From a candidate division WOR-3 bacterium (GTDB taxonomy: Bacteria; Hydrothermota; Tepidihabitantia; B3-TA06): DNA of 30,736 nucleotides. A model generated the notes under the pieces. That model was not told the DNA's origin. It searched no databases and saw only the letters and a list, made by a program, of their open reading frames with translations. Of this stretch, positions 18,185 to 27,312 are shown one piece after another. Every line of letters starts with the position of its first letter. The stretch's first letter is position 1. The position numbers and the translations under genes are program-made. The DNA is taken from assembly GCA_965649265.1 (NCBI GenBank), contig CBFGKC010000019.1, positions 1 to 30,736 on the forward strand, written 5' to 3'.

Positions 18185-20362
18185 CTAATTCTGAACCTGC
18201 ATGCGGTCGCGCAGTGGAATGCCGATTTGTACGCGCCACGTGACCTTGCGATCGGAGGATAGTCCTACGAAAGCGCTGAGCGGTCCAGCCGGAGTGTTTG
18301 CCGCCGCGCCCAGCGCGAACCCCATAAAGGTATTCTCGGTAGTGCTGAAATCAAAAGGACCTGCGAAGATCGGATCAAGGAGTGCGATATCGGTCCGCAG
18401 TTCGATTCTCAAGGGATAGCGTTCGTTGTGCAATAAATTCGTCAAACGGAATGCAAGCGTCACACGCGTGCGAATGTACTCCCTTACCGAAAAGAAATCC
18501 TCCTCGGCTCCCGACAACTCGATTCCTCCCAGATGGAACATCTCCGCGCGCGGAAGGCTGTCTATCCCCAGGCCGTAGCCTAAAGCGAGTCCCAGCGTGA
18601 GGCGGTTGCCGAACGGAAAGTAACCCTCCCCCTCCGTTTCGAGCTTCAGAAACGCCTGAGGAGTTATTCTATTGGGCAGGCCGGCCTTGGACGCGAGGGA
18701 AAAATCGAAACCCTTGCTCGGGAAGTTGAGGTCATCAAGACTAGAGACCCTGAATCGGGCCGCAGGGCCGGTCACAAGTTCTCTCGTGCCTGTGGTGTCC
18801 GCGAACGCGGGCAGATCGTGGAGATACCGCCGGTGAGAGTATCCCAGCGTGAAGTAACCCCAGCGCCCCAGCGCGTAGCCGAACTCGGCGTCCACGCCGG
18901 TAGTCCAGGTGTGATAATCGAACATCTTCACGCGGTTGTCATAGAAGAAGTGTTCGGTGCGGCAGCGAAATCCCTCCAACCTGTATGTGAAAGGAAGCGC
19001 CATGAGCCTTGCGCCCCTGAGCCCGATCCGCATGTCTGTTGGTTCACCCATGGTCGTGCTGAAGCCGAGAATCGCGCCCGATCCGAAAAGATTCCCCTGT
19101 GAGACCTCAAGGCGCAGAGCGAAGCCGTAGACGTTGTCGTAGCTCGCGGCAAGCCCGTATATGCCGTAGTCCTTTTCCACCACCGTATAAACGACATCCA
19201 CCTTCGAATCGTGGAATGATAGTTCGTGAGAGATGTGCCTGAAGAGTCCTGTTGCGCGAAGCCGCTCCAGATCCCTTACTATGGCCTTGAAGTCAAGGGT
19301 GTCGCCGGGTTTGGTTTCTATCTCGCGCCTCACGAAGGATTCGCGCGTAACCTTAAGATCCTCTATCCTGACGTCTGAGACCAGCGGCCTCGGCCTGGGC
19401 GCTAGTTCGCGGCGCTTGAGAACAAGCGGGTGGTCTTCGAGTTTCTCCTTGATCGCGGGTACGGCCGCTCTTGCAGATATCTCGCCCGTTCTCACTAGCT
19501 CCGGCGCGCGCGAGAATGAACTAGGCAGAAAGCTGTCCACGTTCGGATAAATCACCACCGACGCCAGCTTGCGCTGCTGGCGGCGGTTTTCCTCGGTCAC
19601 TATCGCCATCGTTCTCGTAACCACGTCTATGATATTGCGGGCCTCGGGTGTCCAGCGTATAACGTCAGAAGCTATTATATAGTCCGGCTTGAACTCGAGA
19701 AGCGGTTCCACGGGAAGATTCATCACCGCCCCGCCGTCGATGTAGAAATTTTTGCCTATCTCCGCTGGCGAGAAGACGGCCGGAATCGCGATCGAGGATC
19801 TTATCGCGTCCACCATGCTTCCCCTGGTGAAGATGATTCTTTCCCCCGTCACGACGTCCGTGGCCACGCAGCGGAAGGGCACCACGAGGCTGTCGAAATC
19901 GTAGCCCGCGTCGAACTCGGCCTCGGCAAGAAGGTCGGTCAAAAGGATCTCGACGTTCTGCAGCGAGACCACTCCCGAGGGCATGTACGGAACGAACCAG
20001 CGGTGGGTTACCTCGACAATATTGCGTTTTCCCTCCTCCCGTCTTGCGAGCGTCATGCGGTTCTCGGGGATGCGGTTCGAAAAGAGCGAACTCCAGTCAA
20101 CCGTCGTGAGAATCGAGTCCATCTGCGCTCCCGAGTACCCGGCGGCGTACATGCCGCCTACAATGGAGCCCATGCTCGTTCCCGACACGCACGATATGGG
20201 GACCCCCTCCTCCTCAAGAACCTCTATCACGCCCACGTGCGCGAGCCCGAGCGCCGCGCCTCCCGAAAGCGCGAGCCCTATAGACCACGGCTGGCGAAGG
20301 GTGTCCTGGGCGGAAAGAAGCGATGCGGTAGCGGTTAAGCACAGGAGTATTAAAACTCTCAT
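18185..20362 (-). CDS. Patatin-like phospholipase with POTRA and Omp85-type beta-barrel (PlpD/type Vd-like)
   Basis: Signal peptide; LSGGAALG, GTSMG, DGG; POTRA-like VRIEDLKVTRESFVRRE...LRATGLF; C-terminal amphipathic strands. Confidence 0.88.
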   Translation of the reverse strand: MRVLILLCLTATASLLSAQDTLRQPWSIGLALSGGAALGLAHVGVIEVLEEEGVPISCVSGTSMGSIVGGMYAAGYSGAQMDSILTTVDWSSLFSNRIPENRMTLARREEGKRNIVEVTHRWFVPYMPSGVVSLQNVEILLTDLLAEAEFDAGYDFDSLVVPFRCVATDVVTGERIIFTRGSMVDAIRSSIAIPAVFSPAEIGKNFYIDGGAVMNLPVEPLLEFKPDYIIASDVIRWTPEARNIIDVVTRTMAIVTEENRRQQRKLASVVIYPNVDSFLPSSFSRAPELVRTGEISARAAVPAIKEKLEDHPLVLKRRELAPRPRPLVSDVRIEDLKVTRESFVRREIETKPGDTLDFKAIVRDLERLRATGLFRHISHELSFHDSKVDVVYTVVEKDYGIYGLAASYDNVYGFALRLEVSQGNLFGSGAILGFSTTMGEPTDMRIGLRGARLMALPFTYRLEGFRCRTEHFFYDNRVKMFDYHTWTTGVDAEFGYALGRWGYFTLGYSHRRYLHDLPAFADTTGTRELVTGPAARFRVSSLDDLNFPSKGFDFSLASKAGLPNRITPQAFLKLETEGEGYFPFGNRLTLGLALGYGLGIDSLPRAEMFHLGGIELSGAEEDFFSVREYIRTRVTLAFRLTNLLHNERYPLRIELRTDIALLDPIFAGPFDFSTTENTFMGFALGAAANTPAGPLSAFVGLSSDRKVTWRVQIGIPLRDRMQVQN

Positions 20363-21282
20363 TTTTCCTCAATCTCCTTTTCGGTAATGAACCGGTTACT
20401 GTTTTTCCAGTGAAGCATCCACAAAGAAAGCGGTGAGGAGCGTTCCCATTCTGTTAAAAGCGAATCTATTTCTTCGGTGCGTAGTATCTTATAGTTTAGA
20501 TCGAATCCGCTTTTTTTAATAGTGTTATATGCGGCACAAGCCCGAAATTGATGCTGCAAAAGGAAGGGTCGAAAACGAGACGAGGGGTATTTATCACTAA
20601 AAAAAATTGTCTCCTTTTTCAGAGAATCGTAATTTTCCGGCATCATCGAAATCAGATACGCCCAGGCCCCCTCGCTGTAAGGGGTGTTTGAATCCCGGAT
20701 TCGCTTGAGGTAGTTTTTCGTTTCCTCGAAGGAGTGATGAGGAATATTCGCGAGATAGACTTGTTCGAGGGCATCAAGAGAGGTCTCATCGGGCGGGAGA
20801 AACACAAATGAAATCGTATCCGAGAAGATTTTGCCATTGCATCCTGCATGCAAATAGGTTCCGAATATTTTGTAAACGCCGTGACTGAAATCTTCAGCTT
20901 TCAACCGCTCAGGTGCAGGCGCAAAATCCGGCCACCAGAGGAATTGGTCTACCGTGATACTTTCGTTTTTCGCCAGGGAGTAGATGTTAGTTGAATCGGG
21001 AAAGGGATCACCGGATATTCGCAAACCATGACCAAAGAGCCATTCCTCTCCGTCGGGTTTTATCAAATATAAATGAAATCCTTCGTAAGAATGCATGCTC
21101 CAGATGCTGAGGCGCAGAGAGCTGTCCTGGTTATTTTGGAGTCGTATCGTCATCATCGTCGGCTCGGCCAGGGCAAGCGTGTCCTTTGCGAGTTCAAGGT
21201 GCATTGTTACAGGCGCAGGCTCCGCCGCATATAGGGATTCTGCTGCGAACATCGAAATAAATAAAATCAATACGCCCTTCAT
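20359..21282 (-). CDS. Hypothetical secreted protein
   Basis: Signal peptide MKGVLILFISMFAAESLYA; beta-rich N-terminal half and helical C-terminal half; ATGA overlap with the patatin gene. Confidence 0.7.
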   Translation of the reverse strand: MKGVLILFISMFAAESLYAAEPAPVTMHLELAKDTLALAEPTMMTIRLQNNQDSSLRLSIWSMHSYEGFHLYLIKPDGEEWLFGHGLRISGDPFPDSTNIYSLAKNESITVDQFLWWPDFAPAPERLKAEDFSHGVYKIFGTYLHAGCNGKIFSDTISFVFLPPDETSLDALEQVYLANIPHHSFEETKNYLKRIRDSNTPYSEGAWAYLISMMPENYDSLKKETIFFSDKYPSSRFRPFLLQHQFRACAAYNTIKKSGFDLNYKILRTEEIDSLLTEWERSSPLSLWMLHWKNSNRFITEKEIEEK

Positions 21283-21287
21283 GCCGC

Positions 21288-21315
21288 ATTATACACTGTC
21301 GTTGGAATTCTTCAA
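21288..21315 (-). promoter_or_regulatory. sigma70-like promoter, leaderless transcript
   Basis: TTGAAG-N16-TATAAT-N5-ATG; no RBS. Confidence 0.6.
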
Positions 21316-21381
21316 GTGTCTCTCCAGGAGTTTCAGGAATCAACTTTTTCGTCGTGGATAGGGGGGAGGGGGGAGTTGCTG

Positions 21382-21418
21382 CCCCACAAAAAATACATCG
21401 TATTTTTATGGGGACCCC
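21382..21418. repeat. REP-like hairpin (same family)
   Basis: CCCCACAAAAAATAC-ATC-GTATTTTTATGGGG-ACCCC. Confidence 0.7.
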
Positions 21419-21505
21419 TCAATTTCTTTGTTCCTTGTGTGTCATTGGGGAAGGTTGGGCCTCACCCTTTGTTTTTCACTGCAGGTTGGATTGACGGTAG
21501 TTTTT

Positions 21506-22408
21506 TTAATCTTTGTCCGAGACCAGCTCGGGAGCGAATTCGCCGCCTTCTTCCTGGCCCAGGGGGGCCTCCTGACCGTCGTACACCCAGCGGGTGGGCC
21601 TGCGCAGGATGGGAGGCCGGTAACCGGGCGCGCGGTAGCGGATATCGGTAAAAGCGGCGCGGTGAAACGGGTGATATATCGCCGTCTGCGGGCAGAAGCT
21701 CACGCAGCGCTCGCACATGAGGCAGCGGCTGCGGAAGCGCGGGAAAGTCAATGAAGCGTAGATGTTGTTTTCCGGGCATATCTTTTCGCAGAACCCGCAT
21801 GCGGTACAGTTCCCGGTTACCCTGAAATTGCGTGATGCCAGATAGCCGTCCAGCAGGTCGAAAGTGATGCCAGTCACCTGCGACAGGGAGACGCGGAGCG
21901 AGCTGTTGTGCTCGATCCGCGAGCGGCCGGAAAGAATCTCGTCCACGAATCTTGGCGCGCGCGCCTTCATGCGCTCGATCTTGGTTAAGGTGGTGGAATC
22001 CCCTGGGTCCTCGGGTCCGAAGTAGATGGTCTCGTTATTGGGCGCGAGAAACGGCCTTGCCGCCGCCACCTCGAATCCCCTGCGCGCCAGATACCGCCCG
22101 GCGAGCGCCTCGGAACCCAGTGACTCGTCCTGCATTGTCGAAAAGACGAAGGCACGCTTGTCCTTGACCCTCGGCAGTTTATCCAGAAACCTTCGCACGT
22201 TCGAAGGAAAGCACCACGCGTAGATCGGGAATCCCAGACCCAGCATCGAATAATTTGAAAAATCCGGCTTTCGCGGAACCTGCTCGAGCGCGGCCAGGTG
22301 GGTTTCGATTCCCCTCCTCGAAAGCTCCTTTCCTATCTCCGAAGCCATTATCCAGGTATTGCCGGTGCCGGAGAAATAGAGTAAGAGTGCTTTTCCAGAG
22401 GATTGCAT
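21506..22408 (-). CDS. EFR1-family ferredoxin (flavodoxin domain plus 2x[4Fe-4S])
   Basis: Start ATG 22408 (TGATG coupling); YFSGTGNT; CTACGFCEKICP and CLMCERCVSFCP. Confidence 0.88.
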   Translation of the reverse strand: MQSSGKALLLYFSGTGNTWIMASEIGKELSRRGIETHLAALEQVPRKPDFSNYSMLGLGFPIYAWCFPSNVRRFLDKLPRVKDKRAFVFSTMQDESLGSEALAGRYLARRGFEVAAARPFLAPNNETIYFGPEDPGDSTTLTKIERMKARAPRFVDEILSGRSRIEHNSSLRVSLSQVTGITFDLLDGYLASRNFRVTGNCTACGFCEKICPENNIYASLTFPRFRSRCLMCERCVSFCPQTAIYHPFHRAAFTDIRYRAPGYRPPILRRPTRWVYDGQEAPLGQEEGGEFAPELVSDKD

Positions 22409-22908
22409 CAGAACGCTCCGCGGATCGCGAGGTATACGGAAAAAAGAACAATGAGATAGTAAATAAAGTAGAAAACGCCCAGCCATGGTCGCCAGAGTAA
22501 TGTATGCAGTCTTGAGGCTCGTGTTTGTTCGGCTTTTTCCAGTTTTGCGAGAACGGCGTCAAGCATGCCTCTGCGGCCCGGGGGGAGGAGGGTCCATACG
22601 TAGCCCGCTCCGAACGGCGCAAGCGAGAGCGCGGAATACAATAGAATGCGCGGGTAGGACGTGGTCAGGGGGCAGGTGTTCTGGCCGAACCTTGTGGCGA
22701 AGGACTGAACCAGAAAGGCCAGGAGCAGGAAGAAGAGAATATCCACGATTCTCTGCCAGTAGGCCTTTGAACCCCTGGCGTTCATCTTCTCAAGCTCCTC
22801 GTCGGCGAAGCCGAGCCGGGCATACTCCTTCATCGCAAATCGCATGTCAAGAAGGGCCAGTCCGAAAACTACAAGAATGACTGCCACGCCGAGAGCCAAA
22901 TCTAACAT
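22408..22908 (-). CDS. Hypothetical membrane protein (about 4 TM)
   Basis: Hydrophobic segments; start at 22908 or 22911 just after TTGAAA-N16-TATAAT; coupled to the downstream ferredoxin. Confidence 0.7.
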   Translation of the reverse strand: MLDLALGVAVILVVFGLALLDMRFAMKEYARLGFADEELEKMNARGSKAYWQRIVDILFFLLLAFLVQSFATRFGQNTCPLTTSYPRILLYSALSLAPFGAGYVWTLLPPGRRGMLDAVLAKLEKAEQTRASRLHTLLWRPWLGVFYFIYYLIVLFSVYLAIRGAF

Positions 22909-22938
22909 CATAAAATTATACTTGAACTCCTGTGGGTT

Positions 22939-23787
22939 TCAAGTGCCTGCCTTACGAAGCAACGGCGGTCTGAATCCGGGCGCATTGTACCTTGGTCTTC
23001 GTCTGGAGAATAAAAAGTGGATGGCGTTTTTCGGACAGTAGTTTGTACAGCGCTCGCAGAAGATGCAGCGTGTTCCGAATCGCGGTCTCCCCAGCGCACC
23101 CTTGATATTGCCGACAGGGCAGATGCGTTCGCAGTAGCCGCAGCCGGTGCAGGAGGAGTCCGCTTTGAGGAACCAGAAGGGCATGGTCGTGACATGAAAG
23201 GGTATGAGCTTCGTGAACGCAAAACCGGTCACGGCGGCGGCAAGTTTCCATCCCGTCGTATCGTGCACTATCCCTGACTTTTCGCGAAGCATATCGTCCG
23301 TCCAGCTTTCGACGTCCGCGGCCATCCGCTCGAGCGCCTCCCTGGTCACGGGAGCGTCCGGGTCATCGGCGCCCGTGAGCGCCCGGTCGTTGTTGGCGGC
23401 AACGAAGGGCCTTGCGGCAATTACCCTGTATCCCTTGTTTCGAAGGAGCAGCGACGCCAGCGCCTCGGAGCCGAAGGTCCCTCCACCCATCGTCGCGAAC
23501 GCGAAAGCTTTTCTGCCCTCTCCTTGCGGAAGTTTCCTGATGAAGCGCTGCACGTACCCGGGGATGCTGAAAACGAAAATGGGGTATCCGACCCCTATCA
23601 CCGAGTACCGTCCCATATCGGGCATGGCGGACATTTCGTCTATCGCGGCAATATCCGTTTGTACGCCCCTTTCCGATAATCTCCGGGCTATCGCCTTTGC
23701 GGCAAGCCAGGTGTTGCCGGTCGCGGAGAAATAAAAAATAAGCGCATTTTCTCGCGCCTTGTTTTCGCTTCCGATTGTGTGCTGCAT
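22939..23787 (-). CDS. EFR1-family ferredoxin (flavodoxin domain plus 2x[4Fe-4S]), paralog
   Basis: YFSATGNT; CTGCGYCERICP and CIFCERCTNYCP; ATG 23787 lies 5 nt after TTGCAG-N16-TATAAT. Confidence 0.88.
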   Translation of the reverse strand: MQHTIGSENKARENALIFYFSATGNTWLAAKAIARRLSERGVQTDIAAIDEMSAMPDMGRYSVIGVGYPIFVFSIPGYVQRFIRKLPQGEGRKAFAFATMGGGTFGSEALASLLLRNKGYRVIAARPFVAANNDRALTGADDPDAPVTREALERMAADVESWTDDMLREKSGIVHDTTGWKLAAAVTGFAFTKLIPFHVTTMPFWFLKADSSCTGCGYCERICPVGNIKGALGRPRFGTRCIFCERCTNYCPKNAIHFLFSRRRPRYNAPGFRPPLLRKAGT

Positions 23788-23830
23788 CACAAATTATATC
23801 AAGAGAAGTGGTCGCTGCAATAGTTTTTTA

Positions 23831-23865
23831 CCCCAGATAAATACGAAGTATTTTTCTGGGGACCC
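23831..23865. repeat. REP-like hairpin (same family)
   Basis: CCCCAGATAAATAC-GAA-GTATTTTTCTGGGG-ACCC. Confidence 0.75.
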
Positions 23866-23870
23866 TCGGT

Positions 23871-25526
23871 CTATTTTACAAGCACGACCTTTGCCACTTG
23901 CTTCGAGCCAGCGTCCGGCACAATGAAGTAGACGCCAGGCCCGTAACATTTCCCCCATTCGATTGTGCCTGAGGCCGCGGTCGACTTGATCTCATCCACC
24001 TTTCTGCCTGACGCGTCGAAGACGGATGCAGAAAAACCTCCAGGGCAGTTGGAGTAGCGAAGCGTGACGGTGGAACCGATCGGAGATAGTATCTCCATTT
24101 CTGAGGAGGGCGAGGAGGGCTGGTGTGTTACGGGTTCGGAGACGCCAGTCCAGCTGAAGTTGACTGACATTGGTTGTGTTCTACCTGCGCCGGTGGTGTA
24201 GAAGGTGCATTTGAAATCAGAGATAGTTGGAGCCGTCCACTCTGCGAAAGTGATGGATTTGTATTGCCAAGGTGAAAGATCTTTCTCCTCAAAGGCGCTG
24301 TCGTGATAAACAATACTCGAGTCTTTTAAATCCGTAATCTCACAATGATAGTAAAACGCGGTCGCCCTATCAGGCATTCCGAAATTGGCGAACTCAACCT
24401 GCGGCATTACCGTGTGTAATGCGTGTCCTTCTTGTGGCGATGTTATTGTTCGAGGAGAAACTTCCAAAGGCAGTTCTCCGAGGGAGTTTGTTTTGATAAC
24501 ACACATATCTTGTCGTGCGCCTACCGTTATAAAACCTCCGTCAGATGTTTCGAGAACCGGAAATGTGCTAAACCACAAACTTGTTCCTACTCCATTGTAG
24601 AGACGTGACCATAACTCATTTCCATTTTTGTCTAGTCTTTGAAGTGATAAATTTCTATTTTTCGGGACACCGCTTGCTATATAGCCCCCATCATTTGTTT
24701 GATGAACGCTGTAGAATGAACCCTCTTTAACCCATTGAGTGGATAATTCAAAATCTGCTTTGAATAAAGCAATGCTCGTTGGTATTGCATAGCCACCATC
24801 TTTAGTTTTGGTCATGTAGTAGCTACACCCGAAGTTGTCCCCATAATGACTTGCCCAAGAAAGGTTGCCTTTAGCATCAGTCTTAATCAATCCTGGATAC
24901 CCGAATTCGTATCCAGGTTTCGGATTTTCAAAACCGGTGAACGCATATCCATCATCGTTAGTTTGCTGCACGCATAGACCTCCGCTTGAACCCCAGTATT
25001 CTTTCAGAACGTGTGTCCATATCGTATCACCAAGTGAATCGGTTTTGACAAGAAACGCCTCATCCCCACTGGAGCCTATAATTATAAATCCCCCATCACT
25101 AGTTTCTTCAAGCCATCTCCCGCCGCCTTCCTTTATCTCCGAATTATCACCTATTCCTATGCTACGAGTCCAGATCGTATCGCCAGTTGAGTCTATCTTG
25201 AGTAGCCAAATCGAGTTTGGCCAACTTGCACCATGTTCGCCACTTATAATGAAGTTCCCATCAGAAGCAGGTTGAATGCACATGCCCATGTCTCGATACT
25301 CTTTCCCGTATGTACGAGTCCAAAAGGTATCCCCCAAAGTGTCCAATCGCACTATCCATAAATCTTCATAGGTATTTGTAAAGCCTGTGATCAACCAACC
25401 GTTGCTGTGAGCTTCACATATCGAGAAACCAACGTCGGCTTCCTTGTTGCCATACCATCTCACCCATCCTTCCCCGGCATATATTGCCAGAGATATTATC
25501 AAAGTCACCAACACTACTTTCTTCAC
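23871..25526 (-). CDS. Secreted beta-propeller repeat protein with C-terminal T9SS-like sorting domain
   Basis: GTG start at 25526 after GGAGGG; signal peptide; repeats QT.DGG[FY]I..G / L.K.DS.GDT.WTR.YG; C-terminus FDASGRKV...PGVYFI...KVVLVK. Confidence 0.85.
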   Translation of the reverse strand: MKKVVLVTLIISLAIYAGEGWVRWYGNKEADVGFSICEAHSNGWLITGFTNTYEDLWIVRLDTLGDTFWTRTYGKEYRDMGMCIQPASDGNFIISGEHGASWPNSIWLLKIDSTGDTIWTRSIGIGDNSEIKEGGGRWLEETSDGGFIIIGSSGDEAFLVKTDSLGDTIWTHVLKEYWGSSGGLCVQQTNDDGYAFTGFENPKPGYEFGYPGLIKTDAKGNLSWASHYGDNFGCSYYMTKTKDGGYAIPTSIALFKADFELSTQWVKEGSFYSVHQTNDGGYIASGVPKNRNLSLQRLDKNGNELWSRLYNGVGTSLWFSTFPVLETSDGGFITVGARQDMCVIKTNSLGELPLEVSPRTITSPQEGHALHTVMPQVEFANFGMPDRATAFYYHCEITDLKDSSIVYHDSAFEEKDLSPWQYKSITFAEWTAPTISDFKCTFYTTGAGRTQPMSVNFSWTGVSEPVTHQPSSPSSEMEILSPIGSTVTLRYSNCPGGFSASVFDASGRKVDEIKSTAASGTIEWGKCYGPGVYFIVPDAGSKQVAKVVLVK

Positions 25527-25564
25527 ATTCCCTCCATGATAAATCGATTTACGATAAATTATAG

Positions 25565-25580
25565 AGCAATTCGTGTGCCA
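25565..25580 (-). promoter_or_regulatory. sigma54 -24/-12 promoter
   Basis: TGGCACACGAATTGCT, near-consensus TGGCAC-N5-TTGC. Confidence 0.65.
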
Positions 25581-25723
25581 GGGAAGGTTTCCGCAGGTCA
25601 CTGAAAGTCGTGACTTAGTGGAGGGGGAGGAGGGGGTTGGTTTACATTTTAGATAATTAACAAATGGTTATGGATAGTCTTTTTTTAAAACGGGTGTTGC
25701 CTAAGAAATCTTCTGAAGATGGT

Positions 25724-26179
25724 TTAGGAGACCTTGAAGAATGAGCGAATCAACCTCGTTACCTCGGAGCCTGACCGGGCGCGAACCTCGCCGTTTACTC
25801 CCCTTATCTCCATGCGGCTTCCCCAGGTGTCGAGCACGATGTTGGTGGCCGCAGGAACCTTTACGGTCAGGAGCACCTCCTCGGTGAAGTAGGCTAAAGG
25901 CTGCAGAACCCATCCGAGGGTTCCCTTGGGTTCGAGCTTGACGTGAATCTTGTCCTGTTCCTCGGAAGTAGTTATTGTGTAGAGGTTTCCAGGAGGGAGT
26001 TCGGCAACAATCGTTATCTTCGATTCGGTAACCGTCTCAATTACGACCCTTGCAGGGCCGACTTCCATTACCAGCCTGGGCTCGGAACCCACGTTGTATT
26101 CCTTGATTATTCGTTCGTCAGCCGGCGCTTTGGTCGCAAGAAGGAGAACCGAACAAACAAAAAAAACGAATTTATTCAC
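25724..26179 (-). CDS. Short DUF4097-like secreted protein (possibly truncated paralog)
   Basis: GGAGG RBS; signal peptide; aligns by eye with the N-terminal half of the upstream gene (IIKEYNV..EPRL..E / LKKEFVV..YPRF..D; ELP...Y..T; VKVP/VEVP). Start at 26179 (GTG) or 26182 (TTG). Confidence 0.7.
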   Translation of the reverse strand: MNKFVFFVCSVLLLATKAPADERIIKEYNVGSEPRLVMEVGPARVVIETVTESKITIVAELPPGNLYTITTSEEQDKIHVKLEPKGTLGWVLQPLAYFTEEVLLTVKVPAATNIVLDTWGSRMEIRGVNGEVRARSGSEVTRLIRSFFKVS

Positions 26180-26204
26180 CAATCCTCCACGGTGGTTTAT
26201 TATG

Positions 26205-26233
26205 TAGACGCGCGAACGCTCATATAAGTTTCG
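26205..26233 (-). promoter_or_regulatory. ECF-sigma-type promoter
   Basis: CGAAAC-N17-CGTCTA. Confidence 0.55.
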
Positions 26234-26257
26234 TCTGGCCTATGTTACTCAAGCAAA

Positions 26258-27226
26258 TTACTTGCTGCCTTCATCCTCGGGTACGGGTGTCCAGACGTCT
26301 GAACCTTTTCTGACCCGGATGGAACCCGCATGAGAACGCAATCTCAATATTGAGCCCTCCTCGCCATCCTCGCCGCCCTGGCCTGGGGCCTCGCCTATCC
26401 GGGCTATCATGTAATGTTCACCCTTCCTCAAGTCCTTCGGTTCCGGGGTAATGGAAACCTCGCCGATGTCGGTCTCGGCATCGACCTCCAGATCCTTCTG
26501 CTCATCAAGTGTAACCTCGATGGAACCGACACTTGTGGTCATGTAGTTGTCTTTGCCCTTTTTTACCGTGCCCGAGAAATCGATGGAACCCACCTCGGAC
26601 TGAAGCTTGAAGCTTCCGCTGGAGGAGAACACCTTTATCGCGCCGGCGTCTGTCTGCAAGTGAAAGTTTCCTCTGGAGTTCGAGAGTGTAACCTCGCCTG
26701 CGGCCGTGCGGGCGTCGAGCGAGCCCTCTACCCACAATGCGTTTACGTTTCCGCCGGAGGTGTAACACGTCATGTTGCCCGAAAGGCTGTCGAGTTTTAC
26801 CGTTCCTGCAGTGGTGCCGACAAGCATGTTACCGCGAATCCCTTTGACCTCCACTCTGCCCGCCTGAGTTTTTATATCGAGAGCGAGGCTTTCGGGTACC
26901 TCCACCTTTATCTTAACCTGGTCGCTTGTGACCACGTCGAACGGGTAGATGAGCCAGTTTACGAGCTTGTCCTTAAGCTTAACGTTTACGCGAATCTCGT
27001 TATCCTCCGACGTACTCGTAAGGTTGTAGCGGTCCCTTTTCGGCAGTTCCACGTATACCACTATTTGGTTCTTGGCACCCGGAACCACTTCGACGGTTGC
27101 GGCGTCGGCGTCGAGAAAGAACCTCGGGTACTCGCTTACCACGAACTCCTTCTTAAGCCTTTCCGATGCCGAAAGTCCTGCCACGGCGCTAAAAATCGCC
27201 AGCACGGCCAACATCTTAAATTTCAC
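26258..27226 (-). CDS. DUF4097 family beta-strand-repeat (adhesin-like/LiaG-YvlB-like) protein
   Basis: AAGGAGG RBS, GTG start; signal peptide; repeated T..G.[VI].[VL]....G units. Confidence 0.85.
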   Translation of the reverse strand: MKFKMLAVLAIFSAVAGLSASERLKKEFVVSEYPRFFLDADAATVEVVPGAKNQIVVYVELPKRDRYNLTSTSEDNEIRVNVKLKDKLVNWLIYPFDVVTSDQVKIKVEVPESLALDIKTQAGRVEVKGIRGNMLVGTTAGTVKLDSLSGNMTCYTSGGNVNALWVEGSLDARTAAGEVTLSNSRGNFHLQTDAGAIKVFSSSGSFKLQSEVGSIDFSGTVKKGKDNYMTTSVGSIEVTLDEQKDLEVDAETDIGEVSITPEPKDLRKGEHYMIARIGEAPGQGGEDGEEGSILRLRSHAGSIRVRKGSDVWTPVPEDEGSK

Positions 27227-27254
27227 GTTTCCTCCTTAATATCTTATTCCAAAT

Positions 27255-27282
27255 CGGACGCAAATTTCCTTATTTTGTTCCA
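27255..27282 (-). promoter_or_regulatory. ECF-sigma-type promoter
   Basis: TGGAAC-N16-CGTCCG. Confidence 0.55.
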
Positions 27283-27312
27283 CGTCTGGTTCGTCCTCGC
27301 CTCTGCAGAATC

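Noticed and set aside
14211-25636. G-rich GGGGAGGGGGG tracts at about 14211, 21361 and 25621 as G-quadruplex or regulatory motifs
   Set aside because: Too few G-runs and low complexity; cannot be distinguished from chance or repeat debris.
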